A stretch of DNA of 64,000 nt. Source: Raillietiella orientalis (lineage: Eukaryota). Position 1 is the first letter of the stretch, and each line of letters starts with the position of its first letter. Below the pieces are notes generated by a model, which ran no database searches, was not told where the DNA came from, and saw only the letters and a list, made by a program, of their open reading frames with translations. Where the stretch lies: assembly GCA_036172245.1 (NCBI GenBank), contig JAYWIR010000007.1, positions 1-64,000 on the forward strand, given 5' to 3'. This document shows, piece by piece, positions 1 through 12,200 of the stretch. The position numbers and the translations under genes were made by a program.

Positions 1-440
1 ACCACCACCACACTACGCCCCCGTCCTCTTCGTCGCCACCACCACCACCTATGCCCCGTCCTCTTGTCGCCACCACCACCACACTACGCCCCCGTCCTCT
101 TCGTCGCCACCACCACCACACCTACGCCCCCGTCCTCTTCGCCACCACCACCACACTACGCCCCCGTCCTCTTCGTCGCCACCACCACACCACGCCCCCG
201 TCCTCTTCGTCGCCACCACCACCACACTACGCCCCCGTCCTCTTCGTCGCCACCACCACCACACTACGCCCCCGTCCTCTTCGTCGCCACCACCACCACA
301 CCTACGCCCCCGTCCTCTTCGTCGCCACCACCACCACACCTACGCCCCCGTCCTCTTCGTCGCCACCACCACCACACCTACGCCCCCGTCCTCTTCGTCG
401 CCACCACCACCACACTACGCCCCCGTCCTCTTCGTCGCCA
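1..440. repeat. C-rich minisatellite, about 33-39 bp unit (CACCACCACCACAC[C]TACGCCCCCGTCCTCTTCGTCGC), roughly 12 copies, truncated by the window edge
   Basis: Near-identical head-to-tail units visible directly. Variation is limited to CAC triplet number and small indels; there are no unique spacers. Confidence 0.95.
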
Positions 441-1184
441 CGGCGTCCTCGAAGGAACCGCGAAACGTCACGCACAGGAACGGCCGAAAGGGTGCGTCGG
501 GCGAACCCGTCGAAGATCGGTGGTGAACGTACCAAAGCTGAAGACGCTTTTCCGTTTCTGCTTGGTGTTCTGAAATTGGCGCTGCCGCTCCTCGAGACTC
601 GCCAGTCGGGGAGATGCAGCCCTACTGCAAGTCGAGAGGATTCCCTAATTCTTATTTAGTGATCTCTATTTACGGTTCGTGCTTTATGATGCGGCGGCGG
701 AGTGTTTTATGGCCGGTTTTATATCTTATTTAGTACTGTTCTGCGGTATTTTTAAAAGTTTTCCACGTACGGCAAAGGAGCGTTTCTTTTTCTTTTTCTC
801 CCCCCCCCCTCCCCCAACAACATGCATGAATAGGCACCGTACTTCTCAAAGATTGATTTTTTTAAACTCGGCGTTCGTGATGTTTTCAATGCAAGAGTGA
901 TGATGCCAGGCGGTGTTGCTGACTGATGTGCTGTTGTTATTGTAGGTCCTCTTCGTTTCGCCGAGTTCCCAGACAGCCGCCGTCCACTGGAAGAGCCCTT
1001 AGAATGCTGAGCGGGAAGAGAGCTTTCCTTGGTTTCTGATGCTGCCATGGGTGCTGCCACTGTTGCGTTCCCCAAACATGCAATTTTATGTATTCACCAG
1101 GAAGTTGTGATAAATGAATAGGAGTAGCATTTCACAGTGTTGATTCAGTTCGCGCCACCATCAGAGCACGCACAACTGAGGAAA

Positions 1185-1259
1185 ATGGCTTCAGAGAAAG
1201 ATAGCGTCAACGGTAACACAAACTCCATCGTGAAAATGGGAATCTTGAAGAAACCCAAG
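1185..1259 (+). CDS. IRS: IRS exon 1 (MASEKDSVNGNTNSIVKMGILKKPK)
   Basis: ATG in gaaaATGG context, ends AAG|gtagat. Encodes PH strand beta1 and joins in phase 0 to TMKKKWFVL. Confidence 0.85.
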
Positions 1260-2508
1260 GTAGATAACAGATAACGGTAGCTTAGGAAGGTGTGCTGGAA
1301 AGGAGGAAGCTCCGGGGGAACGCCGGCGCGCGCGCGCGCGCGGGGGGGGGGGGGGATTTCCCCGTAACCCGCGCGAACTTGCCGGTGGTCGGAAGTCGCC
1401 GCCGCCGCCGCTGAAAATTTCCGCGTCCTTCCAGCCGGTGGCTGCCTTTCAGAGCTCTCCTCTTCATCCCTGTCGGTCATCCCTCATCCCGGCTCCTGCC
1501 GGTGTTTCCCAGGACGTCGGTCTCGTGTTGACATTCAAATGTCGGGAAAGCTCGAGCGACAGCAATCAGGCTGTTGATAACTTGACCTCTCTTCGCGCAT
1601 CCGGGTCTTCCTCGTTTATTTTGCAATTTCCCCCTCCTCCTTTATCGGTCGAATTACGAATGCGGCCTTATCTTATGCGTACCGTACGGAACGGGAACCC
1701 GATTGAAAATTTCACGTGACGCGGCCGCAGGAACGGCCAACTCGGAAATATCCGGTTTGTGAATGAAGCACACGCGCGTATTTAAATTGTGGCGCTAGTA
1801 ATTTCCACGCGTGGACACGTTGACTGACACATGAATGGACGGCTGGGAAACGTACGGAAAGAATAATAAATGCCGCCGCAGCCCCGTTATTGTGTTTGCC
1901 ACGTGAAAGAGCTCGTCCTCGCCGCTAAGATTCGTTGAATGGTGGGGTTAATTAATTGAGGTACGTAATTTCGCCGCGGATGGCGATCCGCAGCCTCCGC
2001 AGCAGCGTGCAGGCGGCACACGATCTCTCCGGCACGAACGCATCATCCTACCAGCAGCTTCCTCCGCCGACCGAACTGGTACTGCCTCTCAAGAGGAAGG
2101 AGAAAACAAAGTGAAATCCTCTCTCTCCGTGCATCTCCAAGAAACCGTGCGTGTTTTTCTTTCTTCTTCTTTCTTTTTTTTTTTTTTCCGTATAGAAAAA
2201 AAAAAAAGGCCTTTTTTTTTTTTTTTCCCTGTACACGGGTGGGATTCTTTCGGACAGGAGGGTAACTGTGTATTGGGTATGTGTGAGGTCAGTTTTTTTT
2301 TTTTTGCTGCGAGCGGGGATTTTCTGCGAAAGCCCCATTTCTCGGGCAGCGCGAATCGAGGAAGGGCCTTTTCGACCGATGGAGCAGCGACGCAGCCTTC
2401 TGCGTCCCCCATAAGGCCCTCCCGGTTCCGGGATGGAAATTTCGGTCACAGTCGCTCGCAGGATTTCGGTTCGTGCCTTATTAACTCTTTGTCGAACGCT
2501 TCCACCCT

Positions 2509-2542
<34 letters not shown>

Positions 2543-5500
2543 CCTCCCCCCCCTCTTCCCTCTCCCTGTCCTTAGCTATACTCTGAGTATCCCGCACCGT
2601 CGCAGTTGGCAATTATGGAAAAATCGTTGAAATATTCCCGAAACCTTGGCAGTTCTGTTTCACACCATTGAGGATTTCATCATGTGTGTCGCATCCCAAA
2701 TTCATTCCGTGTTTTTTTTTTTTTTGGCTGGACGTCGCGGACGGCGGGCACGGAGGAGGAGAGAGGGACGGTGGTGGTGGTGGTGGTGGTGGTGGTGGTG
2801 GACGGCAGCAGCACCGTCGTTCGTAGCGGTCGTCGGTTTGTTTGTTTTCACCTTTGCTCCAGAATTTATTTATTTATTTTCCACCCGTCGGAACTCCGCG
2901 ACGCTCCGCTCGCAAACTTTTTTCCGTTCGCCTGCAGCAACTCTTCAGGCCGTTATCAGGCAGATAAGACGGTTCGTCCGGACGCTGATCGCGAAAGTTT
3001 CCCGAAGCACACACACACCCCCTCCACCCCTTAACACCTTAATGGACGTCGTCGGCACACACGCGAACGAGGCGGCCGCGAACACTCCCTCGTCCGCGGC
3101 GCGGACACTTTGCCGTCGCACGTGACGCGGCCGGGAAGGATTCGTTTTTCCGTAGTCGTGTCGGAAAATGGCCGTCTCCGCGAGGGGGAGAGAGATCGTG
3201 GGGGGGGGGGGAGGCAGCGGTGGACACCGCACCGCGAAATCGAGCAGCGCTGCTGTGCATAAGAGAGATCTGTGCTAATGAGGCCGGCGGCTCCGAGCCA
3301 GCAGGCGACGCGGGAAGGAGCGTATCCGTTGGTGCGTCTTGGCTTCGACGAGGTGCCCATCCGACGACGGATTTCCCCATCCGCGTGTGGCGCACCCCAC
3401 GCTCGATCCGAATCCGACGCACCCCACCACCACACCTTCCCCTCCCCACCCACCCCCCACCCCGTTCGCCGCATGCGACTTTTGAAGGTGTGTGTTTTTC
3501 CTCATTAGCCGCGCGCCGACTTGGGGAATTTCCGAGGAGGCTGCTTGCCCGGCCGCCCCCCGGGGGGGCAAGTGCTGTGCTCGTCTTCACGCGATTTTCC
3601 CGGAACCGCCATCAGTGCCCATCCCGTGCCGGTCAAGAACCCCCTCGTTCGCGGGGATTTTTTTCCTGCCGTGACGCCTTATTGCCGCTTGGCGTTGCCG
3701 TGGCTCCTCTCTCCTCTTCGTCTCTTCTGCGGAGTGTCCCATCTGCCCCTTTGAGGATTCTTGCGGTTACCTTGGAAGACTCTCTCTCCGGACCGGAACG
3801 AGTTCGGCTTCGGTGTCTGTGTCTGGTGCGGCGACAAGAAGTATGGCGGCGGCTCCCCGAGCTGCAAGTCAGCGTGACGTCTTTCGCCGGAGTTTCCGAC
3901 TACCCGTAGGGGAGGGAGGGAGGAAGGGGGGGGGGGGGAAGAGATGTGCACGGATGCACGCGCGTGTGCATCCCCCTCCAGAGCGAAGAAGAGGAAAGGA
4001 ACGGTGCTGTGGTGGAACTTGTCGTGGTCGCGGGCGTGCTCCTCGGGGGTAACCAACCACTCGTGGTCGCAGCGGGGGAGTCGCTTGTGGAATCTTCCGA
4101 GGACCTTACGGAAGTCGGAAGTTGCGTTCCTCGAGAGCGGGGGTGGGGGGGCGGGTGAGCCTCGGTGCTGTGCCGCAGGCGGGCCGGGGCACGAGGGGGG
4201 GGGGGGGAGGCAGCAAGTCCCGGAACCGGGGGGCACCCGCTCGAAGGAAGCAGCGGCAAGTGGTTGGAAGTGGGGGAGCGAGGTTCGTGACTCCTGGTCG
4301 TGGTGGTGGTCGAGGTGGACGCGGTCTCGTCGATCGCGTTGCTCGCGGCACTCCGGAAGTCGAGCACATAGGGAGGGAGGGAGGGGGGAAGCCCACGAGG
4401 ACGAGGAGAAGCTCCGAGAAGGGCAAACGCGCAGTCGTTTTATTTGGCGCACAGAAAGCCCCGAAATCCATTGATAAGCCCACTGCGCACGCAGCGCCAC
4501 CCATGCAAATGAGAAGGGCCCGTCGGAGACGACGCATTTCGCCATAACCGCCGGCCGGCCCGGCGCGTGCGATCCAATCTGCGGGCGGATTTGTACGTGT
4601 GCATTTGAACGCACGCGCGCGCGCGCGTGTACCCATATTACATTATACGTGTGTGTGTGTGTGTTTCGCCCCTTTCATGCAGCAGATTAATTAAACATTT
4701 GTCCTTCCCGGGAGGAGGGGGAGCGGCGCTCTTCTTGCGCGTGCTATTTTTAAACCCGTGGCTGCTGCAGTCGTATTGGAAATTTGCGTTCGCTGTTTGT
4801 CGAGGGATCCCCCCTCCCCCCTTCCGCCCCCCCCCCCTCCCCAAAAAAAAAAAGAAAAGAGGAAAGAAGAAGTAGAAGAAGAGGGAATGGGGAGGAAATG
4901 GGAGGGAATGAGGAACCTCGTGGAAAAGCGTGTTCTGATTGCATCTCCTCACGCCAGCCTCTCCTGTACCAAAAGGCGATCCCCGGGAGCGTTGCGATGG
5001 TTGCGTCTAGACGAACTCTGTCGTTCGTTCGTTCCCCGCGCGCGGGAAGGCGGATGGATGGATGGATGGATGGATCTCCTCGTCCTCCTCTCCCTTCCGC
5101 CATCTGAAAATAACCGTCAAGCCGGTTATCTTATCGGGAGGCTGCGGCCTTTTTATCTTCGGCCCACCATCCCCGAGTTTTATTTAAATTAGTACTTCCC
5201 CGGCGTTCGATAAGTGCGGAAGGCTTTTTTTTTTCCTTTCCTTTCCTTTCGCGCGCGCGCGCGCGCGTTTTCCTCTCCGCGACGAACGCGCGCCGTTTTT
5301 CCGTCCGAGCGAATTTCGGCGGCTGCGGCGGCGGCGGCGGAGGGAGGGAGGGAGGAAGGAGGATCGGATGCGACAGATTTTCCGACAGGCGGGGCGGACC
5401 CGCGCTTCTTCTTCTTCTTCTTCTTCTTCTTCTGCGTGCACGCGTTCCCGCCCGCGTACCCGTTCGTGTGTGTGTGTGCGCGCGCGCGCGCGCGGACGCG

Positions 5501-5840
5501 TCTCCAATGTGCGTGCGTGCGTGCGTGCGTGTGTTTGCGTGTGGATGCAGTACGTCTCTCTTCCTTTCCTTCTTTGTGTCTTCTCGCCGACAGACAATGA
5601 AGAAGAAGTGGTTCGTCTTGCGGAGGGAGAACGGGACGAGGCCCTGCACCCTCGAGTACTACGACAGCGAAAAGAAATTCCGACACGGCACGCCGCCCAA
5701 AAGGTACGACTGCGCTCCCCCTGCCTCCCCGGGTCGCCGTCATGGCTCCCCGGGACGCCTCCCCCGTCCCTCCCTTCCTTCCTTGCTGCGTCGCCCCGAC
5801 CACGCTCCACTTTCACTCCTTCCGGCTGTTGTTTGTCCGC

Positions 5841-5873
<33 letters not shown>

Positions 5874-6192
5874 TGGGCGCGCCAGCTCGTTCTCATCGCT
5901 CTCTCTCTCCCTCTCTCCCTCTCTCTCCTCCCCCCCGGCAGGACCATCGACATCTCCAAGTGCTTCACCATCAACAAGAAGCTGGACTCGAAGCAGCGGC
6001 ACATCATCTCCCTGTTCACGAACGACGACTGCTTCAGCGTCGCGTGCGACAACGACGCCGAGCAGCAGGAGTGGTTCAAGACGCTGCTGGTCCTGCAGAC
6101 GGGCGAAAGCTGCGTCGGGGGCAAACTGCCGACGCCCGTGTTCGGTGAGTCTCATCTCCCCCCCCCTCTTCCCCCCCCCCTCTCTCGTCTCT

Positions 6193-6229
<37 letters not shown>

Positions 6230-9200
6230 ACACGCACGCACGCACGTACACGTACATACGCACACCCCTGCTCTTCCCTCTCAATCCGTTCCCGAAAAGG
6301 GAAAAAAAAAAATACAAGCAAGGGGGGGGGGGAGTTCCAAAAAAACTCGCGATCGGGAGGAAAACCTTGAGACTTGGCGGCCGTTTGACACGTGAATGGG
6401 AGGCAGCGATATCCGGGAGATGCGGGGAGAGGGGGGGGGAGGACTTTTGAGTATCGTACGATTCGAAATTTTTGGAATTCGTGTGGGTCGTCGTGGGATG
6501 GAAAGCGCCGTCTGCTATTTCTCAGCAGTTTATTTAAAAAGCTGCTGCCGTCGCAGAGGCCGCTGCCAAGTTCTGCACTTTCTCGGCTGAGGGTCGCGCG
6601 CGCATGCGCGGCGCTGCGCTCCACGCGAGTACGAGGAGGACGGGGGGGGGGGGGGATGGCGCCGGTGCTGGCGGGTGGGTGGTCGGGCAGAGGCGTTCCG
6701 GGAAGGGGGGGGGGAGGGGTAGCCCCAGACGGAAGCCTTGACCGCGACGCGGCCGCCATCCCCTCCCACAGCAACAGCAGCAGCAGCAGCAGCAGCCACC
6801 CCTGCGACCGCGGGATCGAGCAGAGACCCACACACACCCACGGAGGAATTTCCTCCCCTCCCCTCGCCCACCCCCTTTTCTCCCGCATTCGAAGGAACAC
6901 GGAAGGGGGGGGGGGGCGGCTGCGGACCTCTCCCTTCTCTCCTTGGAGCGCCGCAAAAAGACAGCGTGTCCGCGACGTTCCGGGCGCGAGTTTTCCCGGT
7001 GACTTCCCCCCCCCCCCCTTCCGGGAGGCAGTTGCGTGCACCGGAAACCAAGGAGGAGTCCTGCCGCTGAGGTGCGACCTCTCGTCTCCCTCCCTCCCCG
7101 ACGGAGCGGCACCTGTCCTCCTCGGGCCTCCGCCCACTCTCGTTTCCCAGGCGCCCTTTTGTCCTGTTTCATGCCGGGGAAGGAGGAGGAGGAGGAGGAG
7201 GAAGGCGGGGGGAGGTGAGGAGACGTGGAAATCGTTCCCCCGAGACGCCGCCGGGGGTGACCTTCGTCCGCGCAGTTTCTCGCGCACCCGCCACAAGCGG
7301 CGACGACACGAAGGGGGAGGGAGGAGGAGGACAGCGGCGTTCATTGATTCCGTGCGGAAGAGCAAATAAACCGCGTGTGGCGCATGCGCGCTTGCGTGCG
7401 TGCCGTCTGTATGCATATCGCTGGAGGAGAAGTGAACACGTGCGCGCCCGCCCAGGGAACAATGGGAACCGGTTAATTCCGAGCAGCAGCGCGAACCCCC
7501 CCCCCCTCCCTCCTCCTCCTCCTCCCTCCCCCCCTCCTCATCGCAAAAGGAATTTCGGGACTCCTGAAACCGAGCGTATCGTCCACGCCCGGGGATCGAA
7601 CGGGCCTCGTCCCTCTCCCGCTTCCCGCATTTTTTTTTTTTTTCTTCTTCTTCAAGTGCCGCCGGGATTCCCCGCGAAGCGCCTGGAACGAGCGCGGCAT
7701 GATCGATAAGCCCGCAGGATCCTCCTCCCGTGCTTTCCCCGCTCCCCATCCCAGGGAACTCGTGCCGCTCCCGATCTGCCGCCGCCGCCGCTTCACGGGG
7801 CGGGCCCCGGTGCTCCGGTCCCGGAGGGATCCCGGCGGACAGCTGGCGGGAGGGTCTCGGGGAAGCGGCGGGCAGGCGCGTTGTCGGACGGTGGAGCGTC
7901 CTTTTCCTCGGGAGAGCGGCGGGCGGACTTCGGGACGTCTGTCCCTCTCCCTCCCCCGTGCGGCGGCGGCGGCGGCGGCGGTGTCGCGCGCGTGGTCCTC
8001 TCTCCTCCTCCTCCTCTCTCCTCCGTTTTCACTTTTCAGGCGGCGATTTCAGCCCCGCGCGCGCGGCGTCCGCAGCGACGCGAAGCGGATGGAGAAGTTT
8101 CTCGAAGCGCTCTCTCGCCCCGCCCTCAGTGGCTGGCGGGAGCGGTTAGAATGAGGGTGACCCCCTTCCCCCCCCCCCGCACGCGCGCTCACACTTGGCT
8201 TCGTCGCGAGCGAACGCCGATGGCCGCAGCGCCACGACCTGCTGTTGCTGCACGCCTGTTGCTTGTCCACGGGGGACGACTGCCGATGGAGGGCCCCATT
8301 CATCCGCCACTTGGGTGCACGGGAGGTCTTCGGCGCCCGAGGCCAGAGGCGGAGGTGGACTTGGGTTGTGGTGCAGTTGTCCATGCGGTCCGAGCTCTCC
8401 GCAGGCGGCGAACGGTCGGCTCTTCCGGCCTCTTCCCCGCTGCCCTTCCCAGCAACGGCAGGGCAACCCGCGTCCCACCCCTCCTGCGGGAAGAGGGAGA
8501 GGAATGGGTCGAAGGTCATACGCCTGTCAGCCGCGTGGGGAGGCAACCAACCGCCTTCCCCTCCCTCTCGTTTCCGCGCCCGTCGCCTTCGAGGACGAGA
8601 CTGGCGGCTCCCTTCCGCCCAGTGGCTCCGAGGGACAGACGGCGGCGTCTTTGGGATTACGAGCGCGGGATGCAGACGGCGGACCGCGCAAGCAGGGACT
8701 CTGCGCGTCTCGGGAGCGTTCACCTTTGGACCGAGGATGAGGAGGAGGGGAGGGGGTGAGCTCGACCTGGCAGCATGTACGACGCCCCTTCCGTTTTCCC
8801 GTGAAGCACTGCTTGTTCTTCGTCCCCTCCTGACGGGAGTGGAGATGATGAAAGGGAGTGTGGGGGAGTGGGAAGCGACACTGTTCCCTCCCCCTACTGC
8901 AACATCTGTCCGCCGGCTGTCCGTTAACTGCTGTCGTGGTCTTCTGCTCCGGCGGCCCCCGCCAACCGGCAGCTTCTGGCCTCACTTCGCCGGTTTTATT
9001 CGGGTGCTAGAGTTCGGCGGGGTGCTCCGTGGGGAGGGGAGGAAAGAGGGCGCGTTTCCTTTCCTTCCCATTCGTTCGAAAAGCACCAGTTCCCTTTTCG
9101 CGGCCGTGTTGAGGAGCCGCCTCCCTCTTCCGTTTCTCCCTTCCCGTGCCGCCCCACTGCGGAGCGGCCCCGAACCCGCGCGGCTCCCCTCCTCCCTCAT

Positions 9201-12200
9201 TTCGTCACACGGGTCAGCGACCGTACCCTTTCCGGTTGGCTTCCCTCTTCCTCCCACCAGGTGCATGGGACCTCCTCCCTCGGGACACGTTCGTGCGCCG
9301 CTCAGGTGAATGACCTCGTCCCTGCTAGGAAGTTCTCGGGCATCGTCCATCCGATGTCTCTCCCCAGCCTTGTCCTTCCCTTACGACAACAGGCGGCTCC
9401 TCCTCTTCCCCCTGCTCTGGCCCACCCCTATCCATCCTCTTCGTTTCTGTCTTCACGCGGGGATTTCCTGCTTCCGCCCCGGGCAGGAATGAAGCGAGGG
9501 TAAAGAGTCCTTCGCTTCTTCGCACCTCCCTTCCTTCTTCCTGGTTACACCCGCGGTCGTCTCCTTCCCCTTTCCCCGTTTCCTGCTTGAGGTCCCCCGG
9601 TCCTTCCATGAAGCGAAGACGAGATGCACCTTCTTCCAGCGGGGGTGTTCCCGTTATTCCAGAGTTCCCCAGTATCCTGCCCGCGGGCTTTTCTGTTGGC
9701 GGCGATGTCCGCTACCCCCTCCCCTTCCCTCCCCCCATTTTCCTCATCAAGAGTCACGGTGCAGGTCCCTCGCGCGGTGTCAGTCCCCTTCTCCCCCAGC
9801 GCCTCTTTCGCGCGTGCACATCGAGGGTGGGCGGGGTCCCATGGTTCCAGAGGGACTTCTTCGGCATCCCCCTTCCGCGGTCCGCGCTACCCCGACTGGC
9901 CTCGAGACCGGACAGGCGCGGGACGGCAAGGGAGAAAGGGTCTGGGCCTCGTCCTTTGGCGGCCCGCACCCCCCAGCGTTTGGCGCGCATCCTGGAAAGT
10001 GCCCTCCGCTTCGGAGAAGGGTCCCAGTGGTAGGTCGGTGGCGCGGGCGTCCCCTTTCTCCCGCGAGCGTTGCGAGCGTCTTGCCAAAGGAACCCTTAGC
10101 TAGAACGAGATTGGGGAGCTCCCGATCCCGCTTTCCTTTCCTCCTCCCACTCGATCTTGGCCAGTCCGCAGCTCCGGGGGATGGCTGAGTAGGGAGCAGG
10201 CGGTTCTTCCGCTGTCCAACCGCGCCGCCCATCGTGCAGCCCGACGATCTCCCGAAAAGAAACGAGCAGACAGAGGAGTACGGCCTTTCAGCGGGGGTCA
10301 GGGGTGAATGTGGGTACGCGGTGGTGGTACGGCTGACTCCCCTTCCCTTGCTCTCCCTCCCCTTTTCTTTCCCCCCTCTTCCCTACGGACGGCGAGCAGG
10401 ATTCTTCTCCACCTTCCGTCCTCAGCTTCCCTGCCCCTCCTCTGCTTCCGGTCTGGCGGGTAGGGGTGGAGGGAGGGAACGCGCGAATTTTCGAGGGGGG
10501 GAACCGCGGCTGCCCAGCAACCTGCGCACCAGCTGGGGGCCGCCTCACTCACCCCTTGTTTTTCTTCGCGTGCCTCGCTGCAGATCACGTCTGGGACGTG
10601 AACATCAAGCCCAAGGGAGCCAAAAGCATCCCGAACATCGTGGGGTCCTACCGGCTGTGCCTGCTGTCGTCGTCAATGACGCTGATGAAAGTGAGCAACG
10701 CCGACAAAGTGGAGTCGATCACCTTCCAGGTTGGTAGCTCGGCCGCGGCCGACCATCTCCTCCCCCCTTTTTCTCTTTCATTCCCGCTTTGTTTCTATCC
10801 CCCTCTCTCTCCCTCTCTCTCTCTCCGTGTTTTTTCTTACATTTTTTTGTTTCTCTCTCTCTCTCTCTCTCTCTGTCTCTGCTTCCTCCTCCTCCACCCT
10901 CCATCCCCCCTATTTTTCTCCCTCAACCTCAACTCTTCCCGCCCCTGCAGTTTCGAGCCGTGAGATCCTGCGGTCACTTCGAGAACTTCTTCTACCTGGA
11001 TTTGGGGCGGCTGGCTCCCAGGGGCCCTGGAGAACTGTGGCTCCAGGTCGAGAACGGATCGACGGCCAAGAAGATGCACGAAGTCACCTACGAGTAGGGC
11101 CGCCCCTCCCCCCTTCCTCCTCCCCCTCTCTTCGGGGACGTTCCCCCGAGGAAAGCTCGTCTCGCCGCCATTTCAGGGCCATGATCAACTCCCACGTGGA
11201 AGACATCGAGTCGCGCCCAAGGTCCTGCTCCGCGCACGAAGGCGGCGCCAAACCTTTCGGCACCGTCGCGAAGAGAGCCACCATCGGCACGTCTCTTGTT
11301 AACAGTTTTCTTAGTAGAAGTAGAGTGGCGCAACCTCGCTGGCCAGCCTTACTCATTCGGTTTCCCTTTCTCTTTCCTTTCCATACTGCAGCCGGTCTGA
11401 GCTCATGCCTGAGGGATCGCTCAGACTCCATGCCTAACCGCGCCAGGACGGTCAGCGAAGGTCAGACTCTGCCAGTCGCTCAGAAGAAGCAGCAGCTGCA
11501 CGGAGGAGGCGTCGACAACCACGCGGCGGCGCGTCCGTTCAGCTCGTTCTCCGTGGCCTCGAGCCCGATCAGGTTGTTACTACTGCCCCTTCATGCAGCC
11601 ACGCCCCGCGGGACCTCCGCCCCTGCCATAGGGCGCGCGTCCCTCTCCCTCGTCGTCCTCCTCCCCCCCCCCTCCATTCCTCCTCCTCCCCCGGGGTCAA
11701 AACGCGGGACGAAACCAGCCGTCTGCCCCCTTTTCAGCCCGGCCTCCGTGGATTCCGCGGGGTCATCGTTGTCCGTGGACTCCGACGTCGGTCCCGAGCA
11801 CGGCCGACGCTTCGGGCACGCCTCAGACTCCATAGCGCCCGTGATCGAGGAGAACATGGACGAATACCTGTCCATGGACGGTAAGGGGATGATGGGGAAG
11901 CGGAACACCGCCGCCGCGCTCCTCCAGTGTCCTCCCAGAAGCACCAACGCGACCACTCCTCCGGCCGTAGGTGGGACCTGCCTCTGGACACGGGTGTTTT
12001 CCACCCATCTTCCCTCCACCGCGGCGGCTGCCTCGGTAACCCTTCGGACTTTCCCAGCCCTTCCAGGACGTCGTCCCACAGCATCGATTACCTCCCCATG
12101 AGTCCAGGTGCGCATGCCCAGTGAAAACGATGTTTTGGTGTGCGCACGGGGGAGTGGTAGAGGGGTGCGATGCGAAGTCGGGGGAGAAAGCGAGCCCGTC

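Noticed and set aside
1..659. CRISPR-like array, or Pro/His/Thr-rich ORFs (51-659, 64-573)
   Set aside because: The units abut with no unique spacers and there are no cas genes; the ORFs are just translations of the minisatellite.
6076..7749. 557-aa minus-strand ORF and the many other long overlapping ORFs in the track
   Set aside because: Low-complexity Arg/Gly/Pro translations of GC-rich intronic or intergenic DNA running through microsatellites; no domains.
10731..12101. 456-aa ORF as a stand-alone gene
   Set aside because: It is IRS exons 6-8 joined by stop-free introns and starts inside intron 4.
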